A DNA stretch of 63,365 nucleotides, the filler included, from Basidiobolus ranarum (lineage: Eukaryota), in assembly GCA_040143965.1 (NCBI GenBank). It is 53 parts of 53 records of this genome, joined end to end, with 100 filler letters (N's around TTAATTAATTAA, not from the genome) between each part and the next. Parts side by side here need not be neighbours in the genome. Positions count along the whole stretch, not along the records: positions 59,889 to 60,981 come from JASJQH010006471.1; positions 61,082 to 62,173 come from JASJQH010006472.1; positions 62,274 to 63,365 come from JASJQH010006473.1; 50 more parts are not named here. One strand, 5' to 3'. How positions within the stretch are numbered: position 1 is the stretch's first letter; every line of letters begins with the position of its first letter. The notes beneath the pieces were generated by a model. The model was not told the DNA's origin and searched no databases. It saw only the letters and a list, made by a program, of their open reading frames with translations. Below, in pieces: positions 59,889 through 63,365 of this stretch. The position numbers and the translations under genes were made by a program.

Positions 59889-60981
59889 ATATGTCAAAGT
59901 TTGAAGGATTCACAACTTGTAAATATTGAATATGTAAAGACTTCCCATCAAGCTTGGACTAGATTGGATGAGTGTTATAAAGCAAAGAGTTTGCTGATAG
60001 ACTCTTTCTCAGACAAAAATTCTTCAATATAAAGATGGAATAGTCTGAAAGCATGGTTACTCATATTGCAAAAGTGAGATCTTTGGCAAAACAATTGGAA
60101 CATATTGGCGCAACTTTACAGGAAGAAGATGTCATTACAACTCTACTAAGTAGTTTACCAGAACAGTACTCAAACTTGATCACAGCTTTGGAAGCAACAT
60201 CTGGCAAGTTTTGTCTGGAGTTTGTGGTGGCAAGGCTAATGGATCAACACCACAGAAGTAAGAATTTGGAAAAAGAATCTGAGGAAGTGGCTTTGTTTGG
60301 AGCTAGAAAATAAAGCTTTGTCAAGTGCAAAGGTTACAAAAGAAGGAAACCAGGTTTATGCTATGGTTGTAACAAACCAGGATACCAGTTAAAAGATTGC
60401 AAATCAAGAAATTACAACAAAAATGAGAAGTCATAACAAGCAAGTCAGGCTTCAACCTAAGATTTTCTCTAATCTAAAAAACTGGTTCAAGACACTCAAA
60501 ACTGACATAAAGAAGAAGGCTTATATGCAAGATGACCGTCTACTAGAAGCTCTGGGAGTGGGAGAAATCAAAGTTGATCCTGGGGCATCTGTAGGGACAT
60601 GTATTTGATGCTGAAAAATGTACTATATGTGCCTTGGATAGCAACAAATTTGTTATCAGTGAGTAAAGCTACATCTGAGGGATATAGTTTTAATTTTGAT
60701 CAAAATGGCTGCACAATCAGGGATCAAAAAGGGAATTATGTAGGCTCTAGAGCTAAGCAAAATAACTTGTATAAACTTCATTATATTAGGCCAAAATACA
60801 AACAAGTTAATACTGCCACAGCTGAACAGATAGACTGGAAAATCTGGCACCAGAGATTGGGTCATCTAGGAGCTGGAAATATGAGAAATTCAATCAAAAA
60901 CAAGATGGTTTTGGGACTAAATTTTGTAATTCCACCAGATCTGGAGCTATGTGAATATTGCCTATATGGTAGGCAACACAG
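59889..60981 (+). mobile_element. Ty1/copia gag to GAG-pre-integrase, degenerate
   Basis: LLSSLPEQYSNLITALE, CYGCNKPGY..KDC knuckle, NVLYVPWIATNLLSVS, WHQRLGH. Confidence 0.9.
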
Positions 60982-61081
60982 NNNNNNNNNNNNNNNNNNN
61001 NNNNNNNNNNNNNNNNNNNNNNNNNTTAATTAATTAANNNNNNNNNNNNNNNNNNNNNNNNNNNNNNNNNNNNNNNNNNNN

Positions 61082-62173
61082 CACCCTGATGGAGACAAAT
61101 CTTTACTTGACCAAAAATGGCTCAAATCAGATGTTCTTGGACTCAAATGAAAGCCAGAAATTTCCTTATCAATATATGGCTGATAACTTCATATATATCA
61201 TGGTTGGAACATGGCCAGATATTGCATACTCTGTGGGAGTTATTTGCCAATGTCTCCAAAAGTATGGATCTGATCAAATCATAGCAGTTAAGTATATTTT
61301 CAGATATTTGAAAAGTACTGTGGATCTGTGATTAGAATACACATATTCTGGATCAAACTTTAATCTGATGGGATATTCAGATGCATATTGGGAAGATATA
61401 TTGAAAACAGGAGGTCTACAACAGGATAGGTATTTCTTTGCTGTAATGGAGCTATTTCTTGAAATTCAAAGAAACAACCAACCATAGCACTTTCAACAAC
61501 AGAAGCTGAATATATATGGCTGCCTGTGAAGCAGCAAAGGAAGCAATACAATTAAGAAAACTTTTAACAGATTTAGGTTATTCTCAAAATTCACCAACTT
61601 CAATATTTTGAGATAATTAAAGTTGTGTCAAATTAGCTAAAAATCCCATGTTTCATAATAGAAGCAAAAATATTCATAATAAGAATTACTTCATTAGAGA
61701 GACTAAGGAGAATTGATTTATTGACTTAACTTATTGCTCTAAAGAAGACATGATTGCTGATATATTAACCAAACTATTAGCAAGACAGAAATTTGAGAAA
61801 TTTAGACCTTGATTAAGATTAGTTTATATGACTATTAAGTTGAGGGAGAGTGTTGAAATTAGCATAGCCTAAACACCTATATAGTCATATATAGCTTAGT
61901 ACTTTGTTATCTTACAATTCACTAAGATACTATCAATTATTCTCAATCAGAATTTACTTGGATAATTTTTACTAACTTGAAGTTCTTAGATATATAGATT
62001 TTTCAAACTTGTGCTAGAAGCCCCAAACTTTGCACACATGCTCCTGGGACCTTTCTTAACACATTCTGCTTGTGTGTTTGCTTACATCTTGACAAAACTA
62101 TAAATGTCAACTTTCCACTCAATAAATCAATGAGTGAAAACCAACAATTCCTCTAATTCTCCAAACTACTTCC
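61082..62173 (+). mobile_element. Ty1/copia RT-RNase H, PPT (61840-61850) and 3' LTR1 (from 61851)
   Basis: WPDIAYSVG, MIADILTK, TTGAGGGAGAG|TGTTGAAATTAGC. Confidence 0.92.
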
Positions 62174-62294
62174 NNNNNNNNNNNNNNNNNNNNNNNNNNN
62201 NNNNNNNNNNNNNNNNNTTAATTAATTAANNNNNNNNNNNNNNNNNNNNNNNNNNNNNNNNNNNNNNNNNNNNCTCTTCAAGCACTTTTACTAT

Positions 62295-62990
62295 AGACTT
62301 GTTCCATCAGACCAGGTCAGATTGTGCTACTTGATCCAGCCTGCTATCCCACCATCTGGCATGATCAGTCAATTACCATGGCGAGGTCCTACAACACTCA
62401 ATTGGACACTATAAGGAGCAATATGTCACTATCCCACCACAATCAGACACAATGATTTTTTTGGAGATATCATGCCAGCCCATACCAAGTGACCCAATTT
62501 AGCATTGCCAAATTAAGATTGTGGGTAACTGACAAAGCAAGTTCATCCCCTAGTTTGTAACTCACCAATTACTGAATGTGTAACAATAAACAGTTTATAC
62601 TGTAACTTACCCAATTGTATGTATAGCCAAGACTTTCATGTGTTTTTAGGCCAATCATTTGTCTCTCACTCACACAATATCCTGATCTTCAATTGGGCCC
62701 AATGGCTTCTGCATTATGAAACACCAGTAGTTTTGGCACACTGGTGGCAAATAACAGCACTCAATGATCAATTGATATGCAGTATGATATTGATGATGAG
62801 GATTGCTTGATTCATCATTTTACATTGGCATCATGTTCATTCAATCATGTATGCTTCTAATTGGGTGAGAATGTGAACAGATTGAGCTGTATTGAGCCAA
62901 TATGGCTGTGCATGCTTTTTATTGACTGAAATTTTTCATTTAACTGTAGTGAAATTGCTTATGTTAGTAGGCTGTCAGTGAAATTGTCAG
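62295..62990 (+). mobile_element. PIF/Harbinger-superfamily element, second end with ~700 bp of subterminal DNA
   Basis: TAT|AGACTTGTTCCATCAGACCAGG. Confidence 0.8.
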
Positions 62991-62992
62991 TA

Positions 62993-63365
62993 TTACTGGA
63001 TGCTAATCTGATTAACAATATATCAGCAAAATCAGTGATGGATTAAAGAGACTCCAGAGTATATTAACCTTCCAACAAAGTCCTCTTTTCAACGTGCTCA
63101 TGAGTTTGTGCATTGTTTGAGCACAACAACAGCAACAAAGCCCAAGCCATGGACACAGAGTAAGTATCTCTATAATTTGGACTAAATTGTTTCTGTAATA
63201 ATCTGACAATATTTTTAGGAAAGCTGCAAGACAGACTTCTTGGTGAGATAGATCAAGATATGCAGTTATATCATTTTAGCCATGGGGTAATCTATTCAAG
63301 CAATGACACATCCACTTGTGGCAGGACATTTGTTGACTGCAAGTTGCGGATATATTGGCTGAATT
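62993..63365 (+). mobile_element. CMC transposase C-terminal fragment
   Basis: Paralog of 40245-40630. Confidence 0.82.

Larger units (their letters stand above)
1103..62273. other. 52 artificial scaffold spacers (N44-TTAATTAATTAA-N44, 100 bp each) joining 53 size-sorted contigs
   Basis: Identical spacer every ~1200 bp, first at 1103-1202 and last at 62174-62273. The linker has stops in all six frames. Contig length falls monotonically from 1102 to 1092 bp. Confidence 0.98.

Noticed and set aside
1103..62273. Regular ~1200-bp periodic repeat (TTAATTAATTAA) that could suggest a CRISPR-like or cassette array
   Set aside because: It is an N-padded six-frame-stop assembly linker between size-sorted contigs.

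Overview
This window is not contiguous genome. It is 53 short contigs (about 1102 bp, falling steadily to 1092 bp) joined by an artificial 100-bp spacer, N44-TTAATTAATTAA-N44, so nothing can be inferred from adjacency across spacers. The DNA looks eukaryotic, most likely an early-diverging (non-Dikarya) fungus. That is an inference from a spliced CLF1 gene, two uricases, an NRPS, a UNC-93-like transporter, FPGS, a class I HDAC and an animal-type ferritin pseudogene. Most contigs are nested, decayed transposon debris. (1) A CMC/EnSpm (CACTA-type) family with CCCTA termini, subterminal ACCGTCA repeats and two divergent ORFs around a conserved ~210-bp promoter with a central AP-1/Gcn4 site. (2) A PIF/Harbinger-superfamily element with TIR AGACTTGTTCCAT, an AWT-like target and a divergent Myb/SANT-like ORF. 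(3) Several Ty1/copia families with a Ty5-type half-tRNAiMet primer site. (4) Ty3/gypsy and LINE fragments. Repeat copies show systematic CpG to TpG/CpA decay that host genes lack. Items missing from the ORF track include a second uricase tail-to-tail with the first, a ferritin pseudogene, a mitochondrial-type LAGLIDADG fragment and 5' ends of CLF1, UNC-93 and a secreted protein. I found no CRISPR array or RNA gene. All family calls come from motif recognition by eye; no database searches were run.
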